A DNA stretch of 64,000 nucleotides from Candidatus Eiseniibacteriota bacterium (GTDB lineage Bacteria; Eisenbacteria; RBG-16-71-46; CAIMUX01; VGJL01). Under the pieces are notes generated by a model. The model worked only from the letters and a program-made list of their open reading frames with translations, searched no databases and was not told where the DNA came from. Position 1 is the first letter of the stretch. The number at the start of each line of letters is the position of its first letter. Both the position numbers and the translations under genes were made by a program. The stretch covers positions 1 through 64,000 of the forward strand of contig JBHGAY010000024.1 of assembly GCA_041946735.1 (NCBI GenBank), written 5' to 3'. Shown here one piece after another: positions 8,800 through 18,916 of the stretch.

Positions 8800-10365
8800 T
8801 CAGCCGTTCGGGTCGTGGGGCGCGGAAGCCGGCCGCTCCCCCGCGATCGGCTCGCGGCGCCACGCGCCGTCGCCGGAGATCCAGTTCGCGGCCAGATCCG
8901 TAGCGTCCTTCACGCACTGGTTCACGGCGACCCCGCGATACGCGTTCCCGAGGAGGCCGAGGCGGCGTCCACCGCCCGGATCGAGGCGCGCGAGCCTGCC
9001 CGCGATCCTCTCCAGCCGGGCGCCATGTCCGATCTCGTACTGCGGAATCCCGAGCGGATGGCGGAAGAGATGCACCCGCCGCGGGGGCGCCTCGATCCCC
9101 ATGCTCTTGCGCAACTCGTCGCGGACGATCGCGACGATCTCTTCGTCGGGCAGCGAAGCCGCCTGCGGATCGTGCGCGCCGCCGAGCATCGCGCGGACGA
9201 GCACCCATCCCTCCGGCGCGCGGTGCGAGAAGACGGAGGAATCCCAGAGGCAGCCCAGGATACGCAGTCCCTGCCCGCGCGGAACGAGGAAGCCGAATCC
9301 GTCGGGAACGGACGCGAGATCGGACACCGGCCAGGCGAAGGCGGCGACGGCGAGCGGCGCCGAAGCGATCCCCGCGAGATCGGTGGCCATCGGCTCGTCG
9401 AGCGGGCGCAGGATCCGCGCGGCCGCGCCGGCGGGGACGGCGATCACGACCCGCTCTGCCTCGAACGATTCCCCGTCCTGGGTGGCGAGGACGAATGCGC
9501 CCGAGCCTTCGACGCGTGAGATCGACGCCACCGGGCGGCCGAGGCGGACCCGGTCGGCGCCGAGACGCTCGCCGAGGCGCTCGATCAGGGTTTCCATGCC
9601 GTCTCGAAACGAGGTGAGGACTCCCGAGGGACCCGATGGGCCGCCGCGCCCGTTCTTCTTCCGTCCCCCGCCCTCGCGCTCCCGTCCTTCGCGCGCCCGT
9701 CCGTCGCGCGCCCGTCCGTCGCTGGCCCGTCCGTCGCGGGCCCGTTCGTCCCGCGCCCGCCGCGCCTCGCTCCGCCTGGCGAGCATCGCTCGCACGAGAC
9801 TGCCGTGGTCGCGCTCCATCGCCGCCATCTTCGGGAAGGTGCTGGCGAGCGAGAGCTTCCTCGCATTGCCGGCGTAGACGCCCGACACCATCGGATCGAC
9901 GAGGAACTCCGCCGCTTCCCGCCCGATGCGCCGCGCCGCGAAGTCGAAGACCGTTTCGTCTCCTTCGGGACGGCGAGGCGCAAACGGCTCCCACAGCACC
10001 CGGAGCCGCCCGCGCACCGAGAGGATGTCGGAACGAAGGAAGCGGGGTGGCGCAAGAGGGATCTCGCGAAGCCGTCCCTCTCGCCAGAGAAAGCGCCGGC
10101 CGGCTGCGTCGCGCGCCCGCTCGAGCTCCGCGTCGAGGCCGAGATGCGAAACGAGCGCGAGCGTCTCCGGGACGGAGTCGAGAAAGCCGTTCACGCCCCA
10201 CTCCACGACGAAGCCGTCCTCGCGCAGGGAGCGGATGTTGCCGCCGAGCCGCGACGCGCCCTCCAGGACGAGGAGGTCCGTGCTCGGCCTCCGCCGGAGG
10301 ATCTCGAAGGCGCTCGCGAGCCCGGCGATGCCTCCGCCCGCCACGACAACCTCGAGCTTCCTCAC
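8800..10365 (-). CDS. hemY: FAD-dependent protoporphyrinogen/coproporphyrinogen oxidase (HemY family)
   Basis: GTG start; VAGGGIAGL FAD motif, RLGGNIRS, LVDPMVSGVYAG, GIPQYEIGH, GNAYRGVAVNQCV; last gene of the heme operon. Confidence 0.9.
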   Translation of the reverse strand: MRKLEVVVAGGGIAGLASAFEILRRRPSTDLLVLEGASRLGGNIRSLREDGFVVEWGVNGFLDSVPETLALVSHLGLDAELERARDAAGRRFLWREGRLREIPLAPPRFLRSDILSVRGRLRVLWEPFAPRRPEGDETVFDFAARRIGREAAEFLVDPMVSGVYAGNARKLSLASTFPKMAAMERDHGSLVRAMLARRSEARRARDERARDGRASDGRARDGRAREGREREGGGRKKNGRGGPSGPSGVLTSFRDGMETLIERLGERLGADRVRLGRPVASISRVEGSGAFVLATQDGESFEAERVVIAVPAGAAARILRPLDEPMATDLAGIASAPLAVAAFAWPVSDLASVPDGFGFLVPRGQGLRILGCLWDSSVFSHRAPEGWVLVRAMLGGAHDPQAASLPDEEIVAIVRDELRKSMGIEAPPRRVHLFRHPLGIPQYEIGHGARLERIAGRLARLDPGGGRRLGLLGNAYRGVAVNQCVKDATDLAANWISGDGAWRREPIAGERPASAPHDPNG

Positions 10366-10375
10366 CGGAGCTTCC

Positions 10376-11446
10376 TCACCGGCGGCGCTCTCCTTCCCGC
10401 GCTTCCGTTCCTCCCCGTCCCGCCCGCGCGCCTGCTCCCCCTTCCGCTCGCGCCCCGGCTCTCTCCTCCGCCGCCTCGAACGCTCCGATTGCGATCGCGG
10501 CGAGCGCATCCAGGAAGGCCGGGTCGCTGTTGAGCGACGGCACGCGCGCGAAGCGCGCGATCCCGGCGCGCCGCGCCTCCTCTCCGAAGAGCATGTCGAT
10601 CTCGTAGAGCGTCTCGATGTGGTCGGAGACGAATGCGACGGGGATCGCGAGGACGCAGCGCCGCCCGGCGAGCGAGCGAATCACCTCGTCGGTCCCCGGG
10701 CCGACCCACCGTACCGGTCCGACGCGGCTCTGGAATCCGAGCCGGTGCTCCGGGCGCCGCCCCAGCGTTCCCTCGAGCGAATGCATCACGGCGTCGACCG
10801 TCTCGCGGATCTGCCGCACGTACGGATCGCCGCGCCGCGCGAGCCGCTCCGGCACCCCATGGGCGCTGAACAGCAGCACCGCCTCCGCGCGGTCCTCCTC
10901 GTCGAGTCGGTCGAGCGCCTCCACGATCCGTCCGACGAGCGCCGCGACGTAGCCCGGATGCTCGTGATAGCTATGGACGATGTCGATCGTCATCGCCGGC
11001 GCCACCCGGTCCCGGGCGGCGCCGAGATCGGCGAGGCTCGAGCCGGTCGTGGCGCGGCACTCGTGCGGATAGAGAGGCAGAGCGAGCGCCCGCTTCTCGC
11101 CCGCTTCGACGAGCCGCGCGAGCGCCTCCTCGGCGAACGGCGGCGCGTAGCGCATCGCCACCTCGACCCGTACGCCGGGCTTCCCGCGTCGGGCGAGCGC
11201 GCGCTCGAGGCCGCGCGCCTGCTCGCGCGTGAGACGCAGCAGCGGCGATCCCCCGCCGATCCGCGCGTAGAGCTTCCGCACCCGAGGCGCCCGCGCCGCC
11301 GTGATCGCCCGCGCGAATGCCGGCTGCACCCACCGCCCGCCCGGCAGCGCGATCAGCATCGGATCGGAGAAGAGCCGGAGCAGGAACGGCCGCACGTCGT
11401 CGAGCGTCTCCGGCCCCCCCATGTTCAAGAGGACGATCGAAGCCAC
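10376..11446 (-). CDS. hemH: Ferrochelatase
   Basis: LLNMGGP, YARIGGGSPL, LFSAHGVP, FQSRVGP, FVSDHIETLYEID. Confidence 0.95.
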   Translation of the reverse strand: MASIVLLNMGGPETLDDVRPFLLRLFSDPMLIALPGGRWVQPAFARAITAARAPRVRKLYARIGGGSPLLRLTREQARGLERALARRGKPGVRVEVAMRYAPPFAEEALARLVEAGEKRALALPLYPHECRATTGSSLADLGAARDRVAPAMTIDIVHSYHEHPGYVAALVGRIVEALDRLDEEDRAEAVLLFSAHGVPERLARRGDPYVRQIRETVDAVMHSLEGTLGRRPEHRLGFQSRVGPVRWVGPGTDEVIRSLAGRRCVLAIPVAFVSDHIETLYEIDMLFGEEARRAGIARFARVPSLNSDPAFLDALAAIAIGAFEAAEERAGARAEGGAGARAGRGGTEAREGERRR

Positions 11447-11449
11447 GCC

Positions 11450-12847
11450 CTAGACCGTCCTCGAGAAGACCGGCTGCCCCGACGCCTGCTTCGCCGCGAG
11501 GTAGGCGTCGAAGAGCATGCAGACGTTCCGGACGAAGAGGCGCCCGGTCTGCGTCACCCGCACCCGGTCCGCCTCGACCTCGACGAAGCCGTGCTCCTCG
11601 GGGACCTTCAGCTCCTCCAACTCGCGCGCGAAGTAGGCGCGGAAGTCGATGCCGAAGCGCTCCTCGATCCCCGCGAGGCGGACCTCGAAGTTGCACATCA
11701 AGCTCGCGATCACGACCTGCCGGATGCGGTCGTCCACCGACAGCTCGTATCCCTTCTCGATCGGCAGCCGCCCTTCGTCGAGCGCCGGGTAGTAGGTGGA
11801 GAGCTTCTTCACGTTCTGCGCGAACGCGTGCCGGACGTTGCCGATCGAGCTGATCCCGATCCCGACCTGGTCGGCCGCCGGCATGACGGTGTACCCCATG
11901 AAGTTCCTGTAGAGGCGCCCCTCCGCCTGCGCGATCGACAGCTCGTCCTCCGGCAGAGCGAAGTGGTCCATCCCGATCTGCCGGTACCCCGCCGCCGTGA
12001 ACGCCTCGAGCGCCTGCAGGAACAGCTCGAACTTCACCTCCGGCGGCGGCAGCGTCGCCGGGTCGGTCTTCTTCTGGTTGCCCCGGATCCAGGGAACGAA
12101 CGCGAAGCTGTAGACGGCGACCCGGTCGGGACGCATCGCCACCACCTGCTCCAGATTCTTGCGGAAGGTCGCGACCGTCTGCATCGGGAGCCCGTAGATC
12201 AGATCCACGTTGATCGACGAGAAGCCGATCCCGCGGCAGTATTCGTACAGCTCGACCGTCTGCTCGAGCGACTGGTTGCGGGCGATCGCGGCCTGCACCT
12301 CCGGCGTGAAGTCCTGCACCCCCATCGAAAGCCGCCCGAAGCCGATGTCGCGCAGCGTGTCGATCTGCTCGCGCGATGTGACGCGCGGGTCGACCTCGAT
12401 CGCGATCTCCGCCTCCGGCGCGATCGTGAAGTGGCGCCGGATCTCGGACATCAGGTCCCGCATCTCCTCGGACGTCTGATAGGTCGGCGTCCCGCCCCCC
12501 CAGTGCACCTGATTGACGAGCCGGCGGTGGGGCAGGCGGGAGGCGACGAGAGCCGTCTCCTTCTTCAGGTACTCCAGATAGCGGCGCGTGATCTCGTGCT
12601 TGTGCGTAATGATCACGTTGCATCCGCAGAACGTGCAGCGCTCGTGACAGAACGGCAGATGGAAGTAGAGCGAGAGCGGCTCGCCCGAGCGCGCATCCGC
12701 CTCCGCCAGCTTGCGCTCGTAGGCGGCGGAGTCGAACCGTTCGTGGAACTCGACGGCCGTCGGATAGGACGTGTAGCGCGGGCCCGGCCTGTCGTAGCGC
12801 CGCAGCAGCTCGGCGGTCACGCGCCTCGGGGTCGTCTCTTCGATCAT
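11450..12847 (-). CDS. hemN: Oxygen-independent coproporphyrinogen III dehydrogenase (radical SAM)
   Basis: GPRYTSYPTA N-terminal motif of true HemN; HLPFCHERCTFCGC; WGGGTPT; RNFMGY. Confidence 0.95.
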   Translation of the reverse strand: MIEETTPRRVTAELLRRYDRPGPRYTSYPTAVEFHERFDSAAYERKLAEADARSGEPLSLYFHLPFCHERCTFCGCNVIITHKHEITRRYLEYLKKETALVASRLPHRRLVNQVHWGGGTPTYQTSEEMRDLMSEIRRHFTIAPEAEIAIEVDPRVTSREQIDTLRDIGFGRLSMGVQDFTPEVQAAIARNQSLEQTVELYEYCRGIGFSSINVDLIYGLPMQTVATFRKNLEQVVAMRPDRVAVYSFAFVPWIRGNQKKTDPATLPPPEVKFELFLQALEAFTAAGYRQIGMDHFALPEDELSIAQAEGRLYRNFMGYTVMPAADQVGIGISSIGNVRHAFAQNVKKLSTYYPALDEGRLPIEKGYELSVDDRIRQVVIASLMCNFEVRLAGIEERFGIDFRAYFARELEELKVPEEHGFVEVEADRVRVTQTGRLFVRNVCMLFDAYLAAKQASGQPVFSRTV

Positions 12848-14019
12848 CGGCTTCTTCCTTCCGGCCGGCCTGCTTCCTTCTCGCCGCGCCCCGCGGGCGG
12901 GCCCGCCGCGGCGCCGCCGGGGTTCCGTGCGGCACCGCCCGCGCTCGACGCGGCATGCGCCGCCTCGACGAATGCCTGCGCGTTCTCGACCGGGGTCTCC
13001 GGCAGGATGCCGTGCCCCAGATTCAGAACGTGCCCCTTCAGCCCGCGCGCCTGCTCGAGGATCTCGCGCGTCCGCGCGACGATCGTCTCCGGCCGCCCCA
13101 GCAGGATGCCGGGGTCGAGATTCCCCTGCAGCGCGAAGCGATCCTGCAGGACTTTCCGCGCCTCGGCGAGCGAGATCCTCCAGTCGATTCCGATCACGTC
13201 CGCCCCGACCGTCGCGATCCGCTCGAGCGCCCCCATCGCGCCCGGCGCGAAATAGATCCTCGGAACGCCGTCGCGCCGCACCCGCTCCAGCACCTCGCGC
13301 GCATACGGCAGCGCGAACGCCTCGTAGTCCTCCGGAGAGAGGATCCCCGCCCAGGAATCGAAGAGCTGGACGGCCTGCGCGCCCGCCGCGATCTGCCGCT
13401 CGAGCGAGACGACGGCGGCGTCGGTGATACGCCGCAGCAGGCGGTGGGCCGCCTCCGGATCGCCGAAGAGCAGCGAGCGCATCTCGACGTGGTTGCGCGA
13501 GCCTCCTCCGCCGGTCGCGTAGGCGGCGACCGTGAACGGGGCGCCGGCGAATCCGATCAGCGGCACGGCCCCGTCGAGCGCGCGCCGGATCGATCGGACC
13601 GCGTCGTCCACGCGATCGAGGATCGGGCTGCCGGACGGATCGCGGAGACGATCGACGTCGGCGGCGACGCGGATCGGGTCGCGAATCTCGGGCGCCGGAT
13701 GGAACTCGATCGACAGCCCCATCGCGGCGAGCGGCACCAGGATGTCGGAGAACAGGATCGCCGCGTCGACTCCGAGCCGCCGCACCGGCTGCAAGGTCAC
13801 CTCGGTCGTCAACTCGGGAATCGTGCACATCTCCCAGAACGTGTGCTTCTCCCGAAGCGCCCGATACTCAGGCAGGAAGCGCCCGGCCTGCCGCATGATC
13901 CACACGGGGGCCGCGTCGACCGGCAGGCCCCGGCAAGCGCGCAGGAATCGCTCGTTCTTCGTGGGGCTCGGAATGCCTGGCGTGCCTGCCGCACCGACCC
14001 CCGCGCCGGTCCCGCTCAT
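12844..14019 (-). CDS. hemE: Uroporphyrinogen decarboxylase
   Basis: PVWIMRQAGR, DAAILFSDILVP, LIGFAGAPFT, LQGNLDP, NLGHGI. Confidence 0.95.
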   Translation of the reverse strand: MSGTGAGVGAAGTPGIPSPTKNERFLRACRGLPVDAAPVWIMRQAGRFLPEYRALREKHTFWEMCTIPELTTEVTLQPVRRLGVDAAILFSDILVPLAAMGLSIEFHPAPEIRDPIRVAADVDRLRDPSGSPILDRVDDAVRSIRRALDGAVPLIGFAGAPFTVAAYATGGGGSRNHVEMRSLLFGDPEAAHRLLRRITDAAVVSLERQIAAGAQAVQLFDSWAGILSPEDYEAFALPYAREVLERVRRDGVPRIYFAPGAMGALERIATVGADVIGIDWRISLAEARKVLQDRFALQGNLDPGILLGRPETIVARTREILEQARGLKGHVLNLGHGILPETPVENAQAFVEAAHAASSAGGAARNPGGAAAGPPAGRGEKEAGRPEGRSR

Positions 14020-14032
14020 GCTCTCGTCCCGC

Positions 14033-15331
14033 TCATGCTCTCTCCCCCTGCGCGACCGCCAGCGACTCGCGGGCCGCCGCGACGACGCGATCGATCTCCT
14101 CTTCCGTGTGCGCGGCCGACAGGAACCATGCCTCGAACTGCGATGGCGCGATGTAAATCGACCGCCGCAGCATCTCGCGGAAGAAGATGGCGAAGCGCCC
14201 GGTGTCCGCCTCGCGCGCCTCGTCGGCGTTCTGCGGGAGGAACGGACGGAACCACAGCGTCCCGAGCGAGGCGATCCCGACATAGGAGGACTCGCCGCCG
14301 AGATCGGCGACGGCGCGGTTCAGTCCTGCCGCCAGGCGCGCGCCCAGCGCCTCGAGACGCCGGTAGACCGCGCCGTCGCGCAGCATCTCGAGCGTAGCGC
14401 GTCCGGCCGCGACGGCGAGCGGATTGCCGGACAACGTCCCGGCCTGGTAGATCGGTCCCTCGGGGGCCAGGTAGCGCATCCAGTCCCTCCGTCCCCCGTA
14501 CGCGCCGACCGGAAGGCCGCCGCCGATCACCTTCCCGAGCGTCGTCAAATCGGGCAGGACGGAGAAGCGCTCCTGCGCGCCGCCCCATCCGAGCCGGAAC
14601 CCGGTGATCACCTCGTCGAAGATCAGCGCCGCCTTCTCGCGATCGCAGATGTTCCGCAGTCCCTGCAGGAACCCGTGCGCGGGGAGCAGGCAGCCGATGT
14701 TCGCCGCGACCGGTTCGACGATGATCGCCGCCAGCCGCCCCGGATTGTCGGCGACGATCCGCTCGACCGAGGCGAGGTCGTTGTAGCGGGCGACCGCCGT
14801 ATCCCGCGCCATGCCCGCCGTCACACCGGGACTGCTCGGATAGCCGAGCGTCGCTGCGCCCGAGCCGGCCTGGATCAGGAAGGAATCGGCGTGGCCGTGA
14901 TACCCGCCGTCGAACTTGATCAGGAGATCCTTGCCGGTCACGCCGCGCGCCAGGCGCAGCGCGCTCATCGTCGCCTCGGTGCCGGAACTGACCAGCCGCA
15001 CGCTCTCGATCGAGGGCACCGCCTCGACGATCGTCTCGGCCATCTCGATCTCCGTGACGGTCGACGCTCCGAAGCTCGTGCCGTCGCGGGCCGCCCGCGT
15101 GATCGCCTCCACGACCGGCTCGGGCGCGTGGCCGAGGATCAACGGCCCCCACGATCCCACGAGGTCCAAGTACTCCCGCCCCTCCTCGTCCCAGACATGC
15201 GATCCGGCGCCGCGCCGCAGGAACGGCGGCCCGCCACCGACCGCGCGGAACGCTCGTACCGGCGAGTTGACCCCTCCCGGGATCACCCGCAAGGCGCGCT
15301 CGAAGAGCGACGCGTTGCTCACCGCAGCCAT
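14033..15331 (-). CDS. hemL: Glutamate-1-semialdehyde 2,1-aminomutase
   Basis: [50 protein letters not shown]; start at ATG 15331 or GTG 15322. Confidence 0.95.
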   Translation of the reverse strand: MAAVSNASLFERALRVIPGGVNSPVRAFRAVGGGPPFLRRGAGSHVWDEEGREYLDLVGSWGPLILGHAPEPVVEAITRAARDGTSFGASTVTEIEMAETIVEAVPSIESVRLVSSGTEATMSALRLARGVTGKDLLIKFDGGYHGHADSFLIQAGSGAATLGYPSSPGVTAGMARDTAVARYNDLASVERIVADNPGRLAAIIVEPVAANIGCLLPAHGFLQGLRNICDREKAALIFDEVITGFRLGWGGAQERFSVLPDLTTLGKVIGGGLPVGAYGGRRDWMRYLAPEGPIYQAGTLSGNPLAVAAGRATLEMLRDGAVYRRLEALGARLAAGLNRAVADLGGESSYVGIASLGTLWFRPFLPQNADEAREADTGRFAIFFREMLRRSIYIAPSQFEAWFLSAAHTEEEIDRVVAAARESLAVAQGERA

Positions 15332-16290
15332 CGGGCCGCCTCCTTCGCGAAGTAGGTGAGGATCAGATCCGCTCCGGCGCGGCGGATCGCGGTCAGCGTC
15401 TCGAGCGCCGCCGCGCGCCGGTCGATCCAGCCCCGCTCGGCGGCCGCGCACAGCATCGCGTACTCGCCCGATACGTTGTAGGCGGCCACCGGCAGGTCGA
15501 ACTCGCTGCGCACGCGCAGGATCACGTCGAGATAGGCAAGCGCCGGCTTCACCATCACGATGTCGGCCCCTTCCTCGACGTCGAGCGCGACCTCGCGCAG
15601 CGCCTCGCGCGCGTTCGCCGGATCCATCTGGTATCCCTTCCGGTCGCCCGAACGCGGCGTCGATTCGGCCGCTTCCCGAAACGGACCGTAATAGGCGCTC
15701 GCATACTTGGCGGCGTAGGAGCAGATCGCCGTCTGCTCGAAACCCGCCTCGTCGAGCGCGGAGCGGATCGCGCCGACCCGTCCGTCCATCATGTCGGACG
15801 GAGCGACCACGTCGGCGCCGGCGCGCGCATACGCGAGGGCCGCGCGCGCGAGCAGGTCGAGCGTCGCGTCGTTGTCGACCGTCCCGTCGCGCAAGACGCC
15901 GCAATGTCCGTGGTCGGTGTACTCGCAGAGGCAGACGTCCGCCCAGATCGAAAGCCCCGGCAGCGACTCGCGCAGCGCGCGGATCGCCCGCGGCACGATC
16001 CCCTCGTCGTCGTAGCCCTCCGTGCCGGTGGCATCCTTGCGCTCCGGAATCCCGAAGAGGATGACCGCCGGGACGCCGGCGGCCTGCGCCTCGCTGCACT
16101 CCTCGACGAGACGGTCGATCGAGAGCCGCTCGACCCCCGGCATCGAGGAGACCGGCTCGCGGAGCCCGCTCCCATGCCTCACGAACAACGGCAGGATCAG
16201 ATCGTCGACCGAGAGACGCGTCTCGCGGACCATTCGCCGTATCGTCTCGTTGCGCCGCAAGCGCCGGGGGCGCTCGGCCGGAAAGCTCAT
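15319..16290 (-). CDS. hemB: Porphobilinogen synthase (Zn-type)
   Basis: [50 protein letters not shown]. Confidence 0.97.
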   Translation of the reverse strand: MSFPAERPRRLRRNETIRRMVRETRLSVDDLILPLFVRHGSGLREPVSSMPGVERLSIDRLVEECSEAQAAGVPAVILFGIPERKDATGTEGYDDEGIVPRAIRALRESLPGLSIWADVCLCEYTDHGHCGVLRDGTVDNDATLDLLARAALAYARAGADVVAPSDMMDGRVGAIRSALDEAGFEQTAICSYAAKYASAYYGPFREAAESTPRSGDRKGYQMDPANAREALREVALDVEEGADIVMVKPALAYLDVILRVRSEFDLPVAAYNVSGEYAMLCAAAERGWIDRRAAALETLTAIRRAGADLILTYFAKEAARWLR

Positions 16291-17879
16291 CGCAAACCTC
16301 CCTCGATCCGGTCCCTCGTGATCGGACGGCCGGCACCGGCGGGGGCGGCGCCGCTACCGCCGCCGCCATCGCCGATTGCCTCCCCGGTCGCCTCCCTGCC
16401 GCTCGCCGGCTGCGCGTGACCGAGCAGCGCACGCTCGACCGCCTCCGCCATCCCTTCGTTCGAAGCCTCCCGCGCCTCCGCGTCCGGAGCCATGCCGAGC
16501 GAGCGCATCGCGGCCGCCGTCGTCGGACCGATCGCCACGACGCGGGGCCGCGGAGCGGGCGCTTCCCGCCACGCGCGGCCGAGCAGCGCCTCGAACGCGC
16601 GCGCCCCCGACGGGCTCGTCAGGCAGATCGCGTCGATCCTGCCCGCGAGGAGATCCGCCTCGATCGCTTCGAACGCGACGCCGCCGGAGAGCTCCGTGCG
16701 GTACGCGACGACCTCCGTCACCTCGACGCCGGCCGCGCGCAACCGCGCCGGCAACTCGGGCTGCGCCTGCTCGGCCCGCGGCAGGAGCGCGCGGAGTCCC
16801 GCAGGCCGATCGACTCGCGCGAGCAGCGCGCCGGCGAGCGCGCCCCCGGTGGCGGTGGCCGCCACGAGATCGCACCGGCCGAAACGGTCACGCGCGCGGG
16901 CCGCCGTCGCCTCGCCCACCGCGCCGATCGCGGGACGATTCCCGGACAGCGGCCGGCCGGCCCCAGCCGGCGCCGCGCCGCCTTCCGTCGCGTCGGCGAA
17001 CGCATCGACCCCGCGCGCGCTCGTGAAGAGGACCCAGTCGTACGAGGCCGCCCGGGCCGCAGCCTCCTCGAGCGGACGTCGATCCCGCGGGGGCTGCGTC
17101 ACGAGCAGGGGCAGGTGGAGCGCAACTCCCCCGCGCCGCTCGATCGCAGCCGCCAGGCCGTCCCCCTCCTCGCGCGTCACGAGAATCCGCGCTCCCCGCA
17201 GCGTTCCGGCGATCCCGCTCCCCGCCGCGGCGCCTCCTGCCCCGAGGCCGCGCCACACGAAGTCGAAGAGCTGCTCGGGCTCCGCGTTGCCGCGTTGCGC
17301 GGCCTTCCCCTCGGCGAGACACCGCAGCGCCGCTCCCTCCAGCGCGCCGAGCACCAGATCGGTCGCCATCTCGACCGGCATCGCGCGCACGCTTCCTTCC
17401 GCAAGCCCTCGCTGCAGCTCTTCGCGCAGCAGGGAGCGGAGCCGGTCCCATCGGGGCGCCGCGCCGCCCTCCACCGCGCTGCCGATCGGGCAGGCCTCCT
17501 CCTTGCGCATCATGCGGAAGAAGTTCGGGTAGCGGAGCAGGAACAGGAGGACGTGGACGAGGATCTTCCTCAAGCGGAGCTTCGAGCTCTCCTCCCCCTC
17601 GAACGCCGCGCGCAATCCCTCCATCAGGTGATCCATGCGCGAGTCGAGGATCGAGAGGTAGAGGTTCTCCTTCGAGGGGAAGTACAGGTAGAGCGTCCCC
17701 TTCGCCACCCCGGCGCGTTCCGCGAGCTCTTCCATCCGGACCTGGGAAAGCTCGCGCCCGGCGAAGAGCCCCGCCGCCGCTTCGAGGATCTCCTCGCGCC
17801 GGCTCCGGCCTCCGCCGCCGGCAGCGCCGTTGCCGTTCGCGCTCCTCGCGCGCCCGCCTCCCGCCTCCGCCGCCATCAC
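16287..17879 (-). CDS. hemD: Fusion: TetR/AcrR-family regulator (N-term) + uroporphyrinogen-III synthase HemD (C-term)
   Basis: N-term [13 protein letters not shown]...[23 protein letters not shown] (TetR HTH); Gly/Ala linker; C-term [45 protein letters not shown] (HemD). Sits between hemC and hemB with 4-nt overlaps. Confidence 0.88.
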   Translation of the reverse strand: MMAAEAGGGRARSANGNGAAGGGGRSRREEILEAAAGLFAGRELSQVRMEELAERAGVAKGTLYLYFPSKENLYLSILDSRMDHLMEGLRAAFEGEESSKLRLRKILVHVLLFLLRYPNFFRMMRKEEACPIGSAVEGGAAPRWDRLRSLLREELQRGLAEGSVRAMPVEMATDLVLGALEGAALRCLAEGKAAQRGNAEPEQLFDFVWRGLGAGGAAAGSGIAGTLRGARILVTREEGDGLAAAIERRGGVALHLPLLVTQPPRDRRPLEEAAARAASYDWVLFTSARGVDAFADATEGGAAPAGAGRPLSGNRPAIGAVGEATAARARDRFGRCDLVAATATGGALAGALLARVDRPAGLRALLPRAEQAQPELPARLRAAGVEVTEVVAYRTELSGGVAFEAIEADLLAGRIDAICLTSPSGARAFEALLGRAWREAPAPRPRVVAIGPTTAAAMRSLGMAPDAEAREASNEGMAEAVERALLGHAQPASGREATGEAIGDGGGGSGAAPAGAGRPITRDRIEGGLR

Positions 17880-18916
17880 GGCTCCCCCGGCTGCGCCGCT
17901 CCGCGCGCCCGCGCCTCCGCGAGAAGCTCCTTCGCCCCGGAGGCGAGAAGCTCGGCGGCCAGCGCGACGCCGGTCGCCTCGGCCTCCGCGATCGTCCCCT
18001 CGCGCGCGCCTCGAAGCAGCTTCCGCCCGTCGGGATCGGAGACCATCGCCTCCAGCCGCAGCCGCGGCCCTTGCCCCTGCCCCTTCCCCTGCCCCTGCCC
18101 CTGCGGATCTTGCGGGACGATCCGCGCCAGCGCCCCCACCGGAACCTGGCAGCCTCCCCCCAGCGCGTGCAGGAAGGCTCGCTCCGCCGTCACCGTCGCC
18201 CGCGTCACGGGATCCTCCAGGCGCGCGAGAAGCGTCGCCGCCCAGCCGTCCGCCTCGCGGATCTCGACGCCCAGCGCCCCCTGCGCCGGCGCCGGCAGCA
18301 GCAGGGAGGCCGGCAGGACTTCCGTCACGTGACGAAGCAGGCCGAGCCGCGCAAGACCGGCGTGCGCGAGGACCACCGCGTCCAGCTCGCCCCCGAGCGC
18401 CTTCTCGAGTCGCGTGGGGACGTTGCCGCGCAGCGGCAGGATCTGCAGATCGCCGCGCGCGTGCAGCAGCTGCGCCCGCCGCCGCAGGCTCGAGGTCCCG
18501 ACCCGCGCCCCCTGCCGCAGGTCCGCGAAGCTCGACGCCCCGCTCGCGACGAGGACGTCGGCCGGCTCTTCCCGCGACAGGATCCCGCCGAGCGCGAGCC
18601 CGCCGGGCAGCTCGGTCGGAAGGTCCTTCAGGCTGTGCACGGCCAGGTCGATCGAGCCGGCGAGCAGAGCGCGCTCGATCTCCTCCGTGAACAGTCCCTT
18701 GCCACCGATCTCGGCGATTGGCTGGTTGAGGGCTCGATCCCCGCGGGTCGAGAGGATCTCGATCCTCACCTGGAGATCCGGCTCCAGCTCGCGCAGTCGC
18801 GCCGCGACGTGCTCCGCCTGCCAGCGCGCGAGCGCGGATCCGCGCGAGCCGATCGTGAGCTGCCGGCCGGCGCCGGGAGCAGGACCGCGCGCGCCCGCGT
18901 CAGCCGGCGTTTCCAT
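17876..18916 (-). CDS. hemC: Hydroxymethylbilane synthase
   Basis: IGSRGSALARWQ, GGKGLFT, VHSLKDLP, GTSSLRR, LRGNVPTRL, GGGCQVP. Confidence 0.96.
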   Translation of the reverse strand: METPADAGARGPAPGAGRQLTIGSRGSALARWQAEHVAARLRELEPDLQVRIEILSTRGDRALNQPIAEIGGKGLFTEEIERALLAGSIDLAVHSLKDLPTELPGGLALGGILSREEPADVLVASGASSFADLRQGARVGTSSLRRRAQLLHARGDLQILPLRGNVPTRLEKALGGELDAVVLAHAGLARLGLLRHVTEVLPASLLLPAPAQGALGVEIREADGWAATLLARLEDPVTRATVTAERAFLHALGGGCQVPVGALARIVPQDPQGQGQGKGQGQGPRLRLEAMVSDPDGRKLLRGAREGTIAEAEATGVALAAELLASGAKELLAEARARGAAQPGEP

